Virus record (IMG/VR): IMGVR_UViG_3300030202_001144
Span: 1-62,896 of that record
Reading direction: 5' to 3' (one strand)
Length of the DNA: 62,896 nt
Source: a virus
Lineage: Duplodnaviria; Caudoviricetes
A model generated the notes under the pieces. That model searched no databases and was not told the DNA's origin. It saw only the letters and a program-made list of their open reading frames with translations. Positions 10,801 through 20,100 of this stretch are shown piece after piece (the first letter of the stretch is position 1; each line of letters begins with the position of its first letter). The position numbers and the translations under genes were made by a program.

Positions 10801-12900
10801 CCAAAAACCTGTTTGTGTTGATGCGCTAGCAGCAAGTTCTCTAACTTCATCTTCAGGTAAACCAGCTGCTCTTCCAGCCATCATAGTATCTTCATAACCT
10901 CTTACAAAACCTATAGTAGACTGTGCTATAATAGCATCCGCAACTACACTTTTAACCGGTAATGATTTTAAAAATCTTTTTGTGTTACCTAATACACCCA
11001 TACCTTTAGTGTAACCTCCTACTGCAGCTTTAAACTTACCAATACCTCTTGTTAATGCTACTTGTCCAAATAAGTCTCCAATAACTCTAGATGACTCAAA
11101 AGCTAAACCATAACCCGATGCGCTACTACCAGCAGAACCATCTCTTCTTACTCTTGAAATAATTTCAGATCTTTGCTGAGGTGTTAATAAAGCTGTTGCT
11201 TCAATTTTATTAGTAGTATCATAAATTCTATTAGTATTATCTACTAAATATTCAACACCATAATCTTCTAAAAATAATTTTCTACCTCTTTTATAACCAT
11301 ACCTTAAATTATCACCTCTTTCAAAATTGTTAATTAAAGTATTACGCCTCCAATTTTCTGCAATTTCATCAGTATATTCGCCAGGCAAACTTTCCATTGT
11401 ATACGTGGCAAGTGGAGTTGTAAAGTCATGCCAAAAACCTATCCAAGCATTACTACCTATTTTATTTAAAAACTCTCCTGTAGTTATATCACCTTTAGAT
11501 TCAATAACTTTTTGATATTCTTTTTCTATTTTTAGTTGATTTTTTTCTAATTGATTATAAACATAAGGTGTTTCTACTTTCATCCAGTCTTTTATAAAAG
11601 AAGGATTAAAGTTTCCTGGAGATATATTAAACTGTATTCCTTCAGTATCAGCATCTCTACCTGGATTATTTCTTTCCCAAATTAATTTTTGTTGTTTTAA
11701 ATCTCTAGTTATCTGCTCGTTTAAATATAAGTTTAAACCTTGTAATTTTAAAAGCTCTCTATGCTTCATTGCATTTTCACTATCATCACCTTTTATTTTA
11801 CCAAGCATTTCTTGTATGTATCTTTTATGCTGCCTGTTAACTAAAAACCCATTAAAATCTTTTATATTAAAATTAGAATCCATTTTTAAAGATTCAGCAC
11901 CAAAAAAATCTTCTACAAAACCATCGTCTTCTGAAAACTCTTCAAATATGTAAGGTTGATCTAATTTTTCTAAATCAATAACTGATGCTATTTGATCAGG
12001 AGTTCTTAAAACAAATCTATCAACTTTTCTTCTAGCTTGTCTTTTTAGTCTTTCTACATCAGTCCAATATGGCATATCATTTTGCCACATTATTTCAAAA
12101 ACTTCATGGTTTTTTAAATATCTATTTTCTTTTTCTATAAATATCTTAGATGTACCTTTTATAATATCATCATAATTGTGAACCCATGAAGTGTAACCTG
12201 GATACATCCCAAACATTAAATCTTGTTTTTCTATTAAACCTTCGTCTAAAGCTTTTTGAATACCAGGTTGTTTTAAAAATGCAGCAATATCTCTTTGTCC
12301 GTAAACTTGATCTTCAGGTTTTCCAAGTGATCCGTATCCTTCTGAATCAAACCCTGCAATTTGAAAATTATCTCTTTCAGGATCTAACCCACCTACTTTA
12401 TTATAAACTTTTTTAATTTGATTTAGTGTAGTTTCATCAAGTTTATCTCCTTCATTCCATTTTTTAGGTTTAGAAAGCTTGGTAGCATATGATCTACCTG
12501 TAGCAACGTCAAGAATTTTTATATCATCACCAAACACTGTATTACCAATATCTCCAAACATTCTATCAAATTCTTCAACATTACCAATTAAAGGCTCGGG
12601 ACCTTGTGGAATACCAAAATTAGTATGAAAATCTTCTTTAAAAAGTCTTTCAGTCATTTTGTCTAAATCAAAATCTTGATATTTAGGAACTGGCATAAAA
12701 GGATCTTCAGGAAGAATACGCATCTTACCACCTCCAAACATACTTTCATCCATTGGTTGCATACTTATTTCTTCTTCTGTAGCCTCAACTGCTTTTGCAT
12801 TTGGATTTGACGCCAACCATAAGAATTTTTCTGTCTCTGGCCAGTTTGAAACATCTACCCTTTGACCGTCAGGCAATTGATAGATAAATAATTCTTCCAT
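4900..12900 (-). CDS. Giant internal virion/ejection protein (2666 aa) with HExxH zincin-like motif
   Basis: Size, position after the tail genes, hydrophobic helices, HEFLH at ~9700-9714. Confidence 0.65.
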   Translation of the reverse strand: MEELFIYQLPDGQRVDVSNWPETEKFLWLASNPNAKAVEATEEEISMQPMDESMFGGGKMRILPEDPFMPVPKYQDFDLDKMTERLFKEDFHTNFGIPQGPEPLIGNVEEFDRMFGDIGNTVFGDDIKILDVATGRSYATKLSKPKKWNEGDKLDETTLNQIKKVYNKVGGLDPERDNFQIAGFDSEGYGSLGKPEDQVYGQRDIAAFLKQPGIQKALDEGLIEKQDLMFGMYPGYTSWVHNYDDIIKGTSKIFIEKENRYLKNHEVFEIMWQNDMPYWTDVERLKRQARRKVDRFVLRTPDQIASVIDLEKLDQPYIFEEFSEDDGFVEDFFGAESLKMDSNFNIKDFNGFLVNRQHKRYIQEMLGKIKGDDSENAMKHRELLKLQGLNLYLNEQITRDLKQQKLIWERNNPGRDADTEGIQFNISPGNFNPSFIKDWMKVETPYVYNQLEKNQLKIEKEYQKVIESKGDITTGEFLNKIGSNAWIGFWHDFTTPLATYTMESLPGEYTDEIAENWRRNTLINNFERGDNLRYGYKRGRKLFLEDYGVEYLVDNTNRIYDTTNKIEATALLTPQQRSEIISRVRRDGSAGSSASGYGLAFESSRVIGDLFGQVALTRGIGKFKAAVGGYTKGMGVLGNTKRFLKSLPVKSVVADAIIAQSTIGFVRGYEDTMMAGRAAGLPEDEVRELAASASTQTGFWYAITAPISPQTKAQNLLFGKPVKENIEVAVQRYMKGGWKGWSDFWKTQGQRFGTREGLKQTGKDIIRTADMIQREGWKELFQENIQQFGETTQIGADINRQAGQQIVKEDYTLQDFIHTSALSFTAGAFMPGAGTITSSANQQLREFMGWDAVDRFNSLAFMAYNESDLKSLLASQIEQGIYTQQEVDNLLGEVDQYKNTINHVPPNMSAKAASTILSDIQQLNQLENDKKKAPKGFTGYDDQIQALKDRINNTYYNELTKSQRKGIMAAARAGVAGNTIYKAFDNEQQALEYLKSTVNRYSKSLGREMTNQEFERYLKNRFLKKGSFGAMFDQDGTKYALEFKYNAGKPDASGRRMTQTAQHEFLHALINEVVKNDPEAGRLLGKALFNELAKLDLQLKDDADQSVLPSSFKRRLLGYLQRAEDVKEKVRRSVQNKAISKQEGDRLIDESLSNSWEEALTLYSEAIGDPDINLSYDEDAIQKIRNSWRRAMQFVGARDIDLGSGKDVFNMLRDYNKSVKSGMLKYNRAFKKLGEKQGLTKEEKKGLQQEEKELETTTKEKLKKKKIRQQEQADRFKKVAETIVEKNRKRAQRRAAVTAAATAATTDEEESQLADEIDTKFSLKVTKRLNPEEFKDNINDYYSPEVFSTQTGIDSVVYDILQDYADVIGYKIQTQYSNLPNILIEDLIAETQVELLKHIRNFNKEFLKLREQFKDGLAAKGMSQAEISKRLEAQDKKGYKNKKGETITENNDLNAWINAQLNNKIKEALKKPGITTQKFTGEIDERTTSEIDESTAEEQKIKFDEDQDQLIELLSDPVFSFVDVDGNDITIETIPLGDRIISLETLDDPDTTINKRIAAEEDPEVKKQLEQQKRDLKRGLELEAIQGRTKAENDELQKLRSFEAFDLGSGSIVKTYEALRVNQNPVEMIIKQVENEILRSPNIETLQFYNFQKLLQDKLYPLVRTITFKKGSDLDKFMYDNWKLLLDVINNPVDPITGESTYSAKMMPEVLKEFNDEGQRIKKKKVTRALFLQTYYGKAKATEIINKYSKSPAAELKQLGPVEITEKTGREIGLTGVFDRRTSLIRLITNVAVLQQARKSLRNQSFLNQIGNKNPNLYNELKNDNIMDAVLNDMASGKSSSVRFSINNDLSPFFKGRTALQQILMSEVMAKAKINTQVKSKRSEVKNSRKFFVPNLGKMKDQTVAFYLIDKFSKGYNNFEFRNIENSQGKLTKQLLEEGDVKFSSDFNYDEYSTDLNKGLNQIVAENENISPKKQFDNVEARAKGKKGKYRNTWWMGPADQDYKGLLWMLARASGAKGDQQIDWLYENLLDPYEMGNLNLRKARISLLNSWMTLLNKYPGIKGRLEEKVPGYGEFTYGDAVRIYLWNKGRMKIPGLSKKNEFELSNIIRKDKTLRTFAGEVSLLSKQPNGYIEPEADWSYSTLMIDISKKLVNIDRKKYLAPWIQKVDLVFTPEMYNKLEAVYGKPYREALENMIYSMKTGKNQNKGEQDKATSGFMGWLNGSVGVTMFLNARSAMLQLISTINYINTSDNNVLKFGVAMANVPQMSKDFLYLWNSDYMKDRRQGMLTSLQEQEIQDIIRNTKEKDFKTVINNLISWTLKKGFILTRIFDSIAISAGGATFYRNRIGTYLNEGFSKAEAEEKAYFDWFKLTEEAQQSGDPSKISMNQASQMGRLMLAFQNTPLQYGRIIKRGAVDLIKRRGTGLKDPSQFKIGKGDFNNASKVLYYSTLQYAVFAFIQNALFAKFFDEEEQEWPSGKYDKQESRFWNGWLDSMLRGAGLPGAYLAWAKNIGLKGYQLYNDPKNMYKSGEFALALTDGLTPIAIKARKIFQAYNTLVWNKKENDWLVEQHGLFSLKNPYMIQSAAAVIEGFTNIPTSRIYNKLTNVSNAFNQEYSYFLRLMFLLGYSTWNLGLEDGSSGRRGRASELDFGPNIEFDNDLRFAPKIKF

Positions 12901-12908
12901 ATTTAATT

Positions 12909-14738
12909 TTAATTTGAAGGATAATCTCTTTTAAACTGTTTTTTATAAGCAGCTTTCATTCTAGCAATATATTCCTCCATAGTTTCGTAATTGTCTTTTG
13001 TTCTTGCTACACCTTCAGCAGGAATTATTTGCGGGTTATCAACTCTCCAATCAGCAGCCCATGCCAATGCTCTAAGCGAGCTTAAGTTTTCCATTTTCTT
13101 TCTTTCAGCAGAAGACAAATTGTTTAATACATATTCAAATCTATCTTGAGCTTTTGATAAATCATAATCACCTATACCAACTACACGTCCATTTTTAACT
13201 TCAAACAACTCACCCTTCATATCCATTTTATTAAATGCTTTTCTAGGATCTTGTTTTTTAAGATCGTAATAGTCTTTATTAGTAGGAGCATTAGTTTTAA
13301 GCTCAGCAGCTGGAGCAGAGTTTAACCATACATCATAAACCTCGTCTTTACTAAATAATTCTTTATTAGTTAGTTTTTTCATAACAGAAGCTATAGCTGA
13401 ACTAGGTTGTTTACTATTAAGTGTTATGACTTCTTGCAACGTATTTACTCTATAATCTAGAGGTCCTTCAGGTCCGGATGAAACACTTGGTTTAGTAATA
13501 TTTTTATTAGTCTGCATAAATATATTACCATTTTCGTCTTTAGTAATACCATCGTAACTAGTTAAATTTTCTAATACTGTATTAAATAAAGCTTCTTCCA
13601 TAGTAGCATTATCTGGTAATAAATTTTGATAAGAGTTTTCAAAACCTTTATTTAAATTTTTTAAATCAATGTTCCAAAAATTAGCTAATTGCTGTGGACC
13701 TGTAGAAACAACACCACCAATTTTTTGCTTTATTAAACCTATCATATCTTTTCTTAACAGATCAATATTTAACTGTTTGTTAACAGCTGTGGAAACATAA
13801 CCGTCATTTAAGTTAGTTGTTGTTACAGCTTCACCACTCCAGTATTTATCAGATAATACACCTCTATCATTTAAAATACCTAAACCATCACCTTCTGGTG
13901 TTTTAGTACTAGGATATAATTTTTTAATAGTTTCATTAACTACTTGAGGTACTGTTGAAACAAAACCAAAATCTTTACCTTCTCCAGTTCTAGCATTAAA
14001 AGCTCTAGCACTCATAATTTTTTCTCTATAAGCACCTTGTACCATTTTACCATCTACTAAATCATGTTCATAGCCAGAAACTTTTATCATTATATCGTTG
14101 TTAGCTTCATCATATAACATTTCAAATCTAGCATCGTCATAAACACCACCTAATGCATTTACAAAATATTGATTATTGGCTATTTCATTTTCATCATTAC
14201 CTATGATGGTTATAGCTGAACCAATAGTTGGAGCTTTTTCTTTCCAATAAGAACCTAAAGCACCAAAATTAGTTGTAGTTTGTTTTGTTAAAGTCAACAA
14301 GTCATAATAATCATTAATAGCTTTTTGTGCAGACTTTCTAGCTTCTTTATCTCCAAATTGAGTTTTTAAATAAACTTGTGCTTGAGTTGCAATATCAAGT
14401 CTTTTTTGTAATGTAGCTTGTAATTGATCATCTATGGCTGAAGTTTGAGGCATAGTGTTCATATTACTCATCTGCTCTAAGTTCCAAAGATCAGCATTTG
14501 TTTGAACCTGCTGCATCCTGTTTATTACTTGTTGCTGTTCTTGTCTTTTTCTTTCTTCTTCTTGTCGTCTAGCTTCTTCTTGTTGCTGAGTTAGTTTTTG
14601 ACCTCCTTGTAGTACATTTACCATTGCAGCTCCTGGAGCTACAGATCTACCTCTTCTTGGTTGAGAATATTGACCGTAGTTTACGTTAGGTAAACTAACT
14701 CCTGGTAAGGGATAACTTGATGATTGTTTTGTAGCCAT
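12909..14738 (-). CDS. Putative internal virion protein
   Basis: 609 aa, Q/E-rich N-terminal coil, lies in the ejection-protein block. Confidence 0.5.
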   Translation of the reverse strand: MATKQSSSYPLPGVSLPNVNYGQYSQPRRGRSVAPGAAMVNVLQGGQKLTQQQEEARRQEEERKRQEQQQVINRMQQVQTNADLWNLEQMSNMNTMPQTSAIDDQLQATLQKRLDIATQAQVYLKTQFGDKEARKSAQKAINDYYDLLTLTKQTTTNFGALGSYWKEKAPTIGSAITIIGNDENEIANNQYFVNALGGVYDDARFEMLYDEANNDIMIKVSGYEHDLVDGKMVQGAYREKIMSARAFNARTGEGKDFGFVSTVPQVVNETIKKLYPSTKTPEGDGLGILNDRGVLSDKYWSGEAVTTTNLNDGYVSTAVNKQLNIDLLRKDMIGLIKQKIGGVVSTGPQQLANFWNIDLKNLNKGFENSYQNLLPDNATMEEALFNTVLENLTSYDGITKDENGNIFMQTNKNITKPSVSSGPEGPLDYRVNTLQEVITLNSKQPSSAIASVMKKLTNKELFSKDEVYDVWLNSAPAAELKTNAPTNKDYYDLKKQDPRKAFNKMDMKGELFEVKNGRVVGIGDYDLSKAQDRFEYVLNNLSSAERKKMENLSSLRALAWAADWRVDNPQIIPAEGVARTKDNYETMEEYIARMKAAYKKQFKRDYPSN

Positions 14739-14739
14739 T

Positions 14740-15411
14740 TTAACTTCCTATTAATTTACCAATTCCGCCAACTACTTGACCAACTGAATTATACATATTT
14801 GCTTCAGCAGCAGCTTCAGCTGCACGCATATCTCTTAGATCTTGGTTAGCATTGTCTAACATACCAGCAGTTCTATTCAACTCTGCAACTTGTCTTTGTT
14901 CCTCTACATTAAACATAAATTGTTTACCCATTACATCTGCCGACTGTAATCTTTGTTGCTCTTGCATCCTCATGTTATTTAATCTTTCTTCACCTTGAGC
15001 ATATAGTTTTTGATTTTGAGCTTCTTGTAATTGTATGCTAGCAGAAACTTGTTTTTTACTTTGTAATGCAGCTTGAGCTAAAGCTGTAGCACCACCAGCA
15101 CTAGCACCTGTTGCTCTTAAAGTGTCTAATGTATTTGCTAAAGATATATCAGCTTGTTCTGCTTGAAATTTAGCTGCTTCTGTTGCTACACCTAAATTAG
15201 CATATGTATTAGTTAACTCACCACTAGTATCCGATATATTTTCATAAGGATTTATAATAGGCTGTCTAGTATTTTCTAGTGTAGTTAGTTCACCTTTAAG
15301 ACGTTGTGTTTCAAGCTCCGCTCTTTTTCTATCATCTCTCGCTCTTCTTTGTGCGGCTCCTGCTCCAAGTATACCAACTGCTCCGCTGATTACTCCTGAT
15401 GCTGCTCCCAT
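14740..15411 (-). CDS. Putative internal virion/DNA-ejection protein
   Basis: Gly/Ala-rich hydrophobic ends with a coiled-coil core, typical of podovirus ejection proteins. Confidence 0.6.
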   Translation of the reverse strand: MGAASGVISGAVGILGAGAAQRRARDDRKRAELETQRLKGELTTLENTRQPIINPYENISDTSGELTNTYANLGVATEAAKFQAEQADISLANTLDTLRATGASAGGATALAQAALQSKKQVSASIQLQEAQNQKLYAQGEERLNNMRMQEQQRLQSADVMGKQFMFNVEEQRQVAELNRTAGMLDNANQDLRDMRAAEAAAEANMYNSVGQVVGGIGKLIGS

Positions 15412-15413
15412 AT

Positions 15414-15803
15414 TTATGAATATTTATATATTATATCGTGTTTTTTATCTAACACTTTGTATTTTAGTTTTTTTACTTTGTCTACTATGTTTTTATTAGA
15501 TGTTGTTGCCCATACAAATTTACAACCTTTTTTTAAAGCTTTATTAACCATGTGATCAATAAGTGCTGTAATTAAATCGTTTCTATTTTTTTCTCTATAA
15601 TTAATATTAGATATAACAAAATCAACATAAGCTATTTTAGCATTAGTATAATACAAATAACCTGCTGCTACTTTTATATTATTATAGATTACAACATAAC
15701 CTTTTTTAGGTAGACATTCTATATCTGGAGTTTTTAAACCCCAGTCGTTCCACCAATTAAGAATATTTTTTTCTTTATTAGTTTTAAATTTTTTTATTAG
15801 CAT
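15414..15803 (-). CDS. GNAT-fold acetyltransferase-like protein
   Basis: VAAGYLY..NAKIAYVDFVISNINYRE pattern; sits before the ejection proteins as in many podoviruses. Confidence 0.6.
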   Translation of the reverse strand: MLIKKFKTNKEKNILNWWNDWGLKTPDIECLPKKGYVVIYNNIKVAAGYLYYTNAKIAYVDFVISNINYREKNRNDLITALIDHMVNKALKKGCKFVWATTSNKNIVDKVKKLKYKVLDKKHDIIYKYS

Positions 15804-15808
15804 TTAAT

Positions 15809-17146
15809 TTAATATGATGATTGCTTGTATTCTGTAGATACAGCAAATAATTCGTTTGTTTGACTAGATCCTGCTGAGTTAGTGGCTTTAAATGTAGCTA
15901 CTGCAAAAAATCCTTTTACACCTGATATATCAGCTCCAAAAATAATTTCACCAGGATTTGATGGACTAGTATTGATTAAGTTAGCAAAGTATTTATTTTC
16001 TTTTGCTTTAAAAGTGTTTGCTAATAAATCTTTTTCCATGTTAAGCAATGACGTAGGCACTTGATAAACATCTATAGGGTGAGCTGTATCTGACGTATCA
16101 TTTAAAAATGTTTGAAAAGTTTCTAGTTGCCAATTACCATCTCCTTCATAATTAATAGTTTGAAAACTTTTACTCATAGATGGTTGAGCATTAAAAATAG
16201 TAGTTACAGTTGAATCGTGTTTTTCTTCATAAAACTGAGCTCTATTTACATTTTCAGAATAATGTTGATAAAGATCTCCTGTTAAATTAAAAGTATAAAA
16301 CCTATTATCTACGCTAAACATTTGAGCAGGAACAAAATCAAAAAAGCTTGTCCAGCCTCTAACTTTTTCATCAAACCCTAAAGTAAAAGCTCTAGATCCA
16401 TCACTTTTACCAATAGTAGGTTGTATTGATAAAACATATTGTTTACTATGAATATCCCAACCACCTACTAATTTACCTAAGCTACCTAAGTTGCTTAAAC
16501 TTAATTGATCTCTAAAATAATCAAACATACCATAACTAGATATTTCTGTTAAACCATCTTGAGATAATCTCATTACAGCACTTTTATTAGCGTCTGTAAA
16601 ATATTTTCTATAACCATAAACAGCAAATGATTCAGGATTTGTTGCAATACCATATTCACCAGCATAAGGTTGTATTTGTCCAATTACTAAATTAGTGCTT
16701 GTTGTTATAGGTTGACCTTCAGCCGTATATATAGCGTCTTTATCAATTAAAGCTCTATTAACTTTATATTCTTGAAATATATTTAAATTAGTATCTTCAG
16801 CATATAATAGTTGTATTGTACCTTTTGCTGGATCTACTGTTCTTGTTATGTCATTAGCAACTGAAAACTGATTAGTTTCATTTACATCTGTTCTTGAATT
16901 AAAAACACCAGAGTATATTATAGTATTACCAAACTGCTCTTGATATTTATTTTCTGTAGCTAAATAAGCTCTTGGTGCAATACCAGAAAACTTACCATTA
17001 AAATCACCTTTTATTCTAGACTCTTCAACATACCAATCATATTGAGCATTTGTTCTATCCATAGTACCAGTTGCAGAGTTCCAAGTTTGGTTTATCTTCT
17101 TTAAAATATAGGTATTATAGTATTTTATTTGTAATGTAGTTGCCAT
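15809..17146 (-). CDS. Tail nozzle/stabilisation protein, C-terminal part (beta-propeller)
   Basis: IIYSG..NSRT.VNETNQF, GEYGIATNPESFA..G.RKYFTD, GWTSF motifs of crAss-like/P22 gp10-like proteins. Confidence 0.7.
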   Translation of the reverse strand: MATTLQIKYYNTYILKKINQTWNSATGTMDRTNAQYDWYVEESRIKGDFNGKFSGIAPRAYLATENKYQEQFGNTIIYSGVFNSRTDVNETNQFSVANDITRTVDPAKGTIQLLYAEDTNLNIFQEYKVNRALIDKDAIYTAEGQPITTSTNLVIGQIQPYAGEYGIATNPESFAVYGYRKYFTDANKSAVMRLSQDGLTEISSYGMFDYFRDQLSLSNLGSLGKLVGGWDIHSKQYVLSIQPTIGKSDGSRAFTLGFDEKVRGWTSFFDFVPAQMFSVDNRFYTFNLTGDLYQHYSENVNRAQFYEEKHDSTVTTIFNAQPSMSKSFQTINYEGDGNWQLETFQTFLNDTSDTAHPIDVYQVPTSLLNMEKDLLANTFKAKENKYFANLINTSPSNPGEIIFGADISGVKGFFAVATFKATNSAGSSQTNELFAVSTEYKQSSY

Positions 17147-17150
17147 GTTT

Positions 17151-17179
17151 TATAATCACTTATTTATTTAATATTTTAC
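17151..17179 (-). promoter_or_regulatory. Class 2 promoter GTAAA-N15-GTGATTATA
   Basis: One of six copies with identical spacing; ends 4 nt before ATG 17146. Confidence 0.7.
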
Positions 17180-20100
17180 TATGATGGCCAGCCAGTTGTC
17201 TTGTACCACGATGTAGTGTGGAAAGGTGGACTAGTATTACTAACAGCTTGAATATTTTGAGGACTTGGTGGTGGAACTTGCAATACAGTGTCATACACTA
17301 AAGATAATCTTGCATTAGCACCACAAGTACTTAAGCTTGTCCATGTTATCTTATTATTTATCCAAGTACATTCACTGTAATCAAATGGACCATCACCAAC
17401 GTTTCCAGAATCACCTGGAACCACCGAATTGTTTTGTTGCAACTGTGTAGGATTAAAAGCACTTAATTGACCTATAACATGATATTGTACACCTGCTGTA
17501 CTGTGATTAATTGCTACTGGACCAGTGAAAGCTCTGTTTCCATCACCTTTAGCAGGAGCATCCATTCCAGTAGTATCTTGTGTATTATAACCACCAAAAC
17601 TAGCATTTAAAATAAACGTTGTACTAGTTTGACTATATGTTTTAGCGTATATATAAACATCATTACTAGTCCAGTTAGCAATTTCACCAACCCATGTTGG
17701 AAGAACAGGAGTTGAAGTAGCTGTTGGACACGTAGCCGCCATACCAGTACCGGTTGGTGGAGTTTGCCAGTGATTAAGAGGATTTATATAAAACGGACTT
17801 GAAGGAACTGTAGAAGCAGTATAAGAACTTGCAACAACATTGCTATAAGTTGTAGCTGTAGGCGTAAACTGTATAGCTAGTATACTTGAAGCCCCTGTTC
17901 CATTTTGATCAGTAAGTTGAATAGTAACTTCATGTAGATTAGGTGCAAAGAAATCACCTTGTAAAGTTCCTGGTTGTCCACTTACATTTGTTTTTCTTTC
18001 TAACCATATACCATAAAAATTATCTGGACTATTACCAGTACAAGTTGTTTGGTTTTCTTGACCTTGAGCTTTTATAAAATAATAAGTTGCTATGTCAGTA
18101 GAAGATGTAGGAGCTGTTGTATTAGTTCCTGTTATATAACTATACCATACTCCTGAACCATTCTGCCATCTTGCAGATTGTATAGTCCACTGCAGATCTC
18201 TCGTTCTGTCACATGTATTACAACTACCATTAAATCCTTTTACTAAACCTATACCATTAAACGCATTACCTGTAGCTTTTAATATTGTTGATTGAGTTGG
18301 GCCTGGTTGAGGATTAGTAACTAAATCTATAACTGGTAAATCATTTAATAAAGTTCTTACAAATGTTTGATTTGAAACAGTTCCATCTGCTTGTGTAAAT
18401 TGTATATTAAATTGATATTTTTCTAAAAATTCAAAGTTTAATAAAGCAGCATGAGGTTCTACTAATTGTATTTTCCAAGATCCTCCACCTGCAGCTACAA
18501 TTTGAAACTCACTATTTCTATTAACACTAGTATCTATTTGATCACTTAAATCAAAAGAATAAACAGATGATAAAATAGCTGTACTTGTAACATCATTACC
18601 TTGAGGAGTTAATGCAAAAAACGGAGTGGTTAAATCAGCTCCTGCACAATCACCTTCGTTATGTAACCAAGTAAAAGTACTTAAGCCAATTATTGCAGTA
18701 CCAGAACTTACAATAGCTGTATTAATGTCTGATATTAAACCACTTGTTGATGTTTCGTAAAATAAATCTAAATTAGAAACAGTAGGTGAAGTTTCATAAA
18801 CCGACAAAGACATTGAGTCTGGATATTCCGCGCCACCAGCTTGAGTATTAAAAGTAGCTTGTTGTACTCCAATAGCTTTTTGTACATTTACTTTAGCTAT
18901 AAAAGGTTTTGATTCTACATCAAATATAGCGTTATTATTTATTTCACCGTTAGTAGTAGGTGCATCATCAAAAGCTACACCAGGAAAAACATCTTTAATA
19001 GCACCTATTAATTCAACTGAATCAGGCGTTGTATTAGGGCCGTATTGTTGATTGTTACCAGCAGCCAAAACAGAATTATTAGTTACTCTACCAAACCAAG
19101 TTAATTCACTATTAAACTGAACATCTTGATTACTTATCTCTTTTAATTGTCTAGGTACTTTATTTATATTGTCATGTATTAGTGTTACAAAAGCAGTACT
19201 ACCTATTTCTGTTGTATTACCTTGTATTGGATAACCACTAACTATTCCAGGTAAATATACATTGTAAAACTCTTGTTGTTGTTGTTTTACTACTACTCTA
19301 TATGAATAAAAACCATTTACATTTATATCAAATGTATAATTGTTTACAGTAAGAAAAGTTTTAGGTTCTGTTCTAGTGCTAGGATTACTACTAGGATCAG
19401 TGTCGCCTTGGAACATATATGCATCATCTATTTCTTCATTTGTAAAAAATAAATACCTATCAGCTGAGCCTTGCTGATTAAATGATTCAACTTCAACATA
19501 GTCTTGATATTTACCTCTTAAGTATTTACCAGCACCAAACAACTCAGTAGTAGCTGTAACAGTAAGTCCAAAGTTTTCTATTTGGTATCTATATTGAGAA
19601 TTATATAATACTCTTCCTCTTAATTTATAATTAGAAGCAGCAGGTGCACCAGAACTAAATGTAACAACTATTTCATCATTACCACTATCAGTAACAGCAT
19701 ATGTGTTAGAAGCAACTTCTACCCAGCCTTTTCCTTCATTCAACCATAAAGTAAATAAAGTAGTAGCATTTAAATCTTGATAAGATAAATTAAGAAATGT
19801 ATAAGCAGCTTGATTAGCTACTGTATTAAGCTCTTGTGTGCTCCAATTAAAAAAAGCTGGAAAAGGACTAGACATTGGTCCTTCTACAGTATACAAACTA
19901 GGTTGTGCATATAAACCACTAGTGTCACCATTAATATTTATAATAGAGTCAAATCTTATATTTAAATTTTCTCCTGTCCAACCTTGAACCTGTGATGCGT
20001 TTTCAACAGGTCTATAAGTTGTAAAATAATTTGATCCTTCAGTTGGTTCACCACCTGCAATTAACACATTATCTTTTGAAGATAATATTACATCAGTTTG

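Noticed and set aside
12658-12675. DFDLDK resembling the crAss-like virion RNA polymerase DFDID motif
   Set aside because: It is at residue 76-81 in a low-complexity N-terminus, with no room for the surrounding double-psi barrel; probably chance
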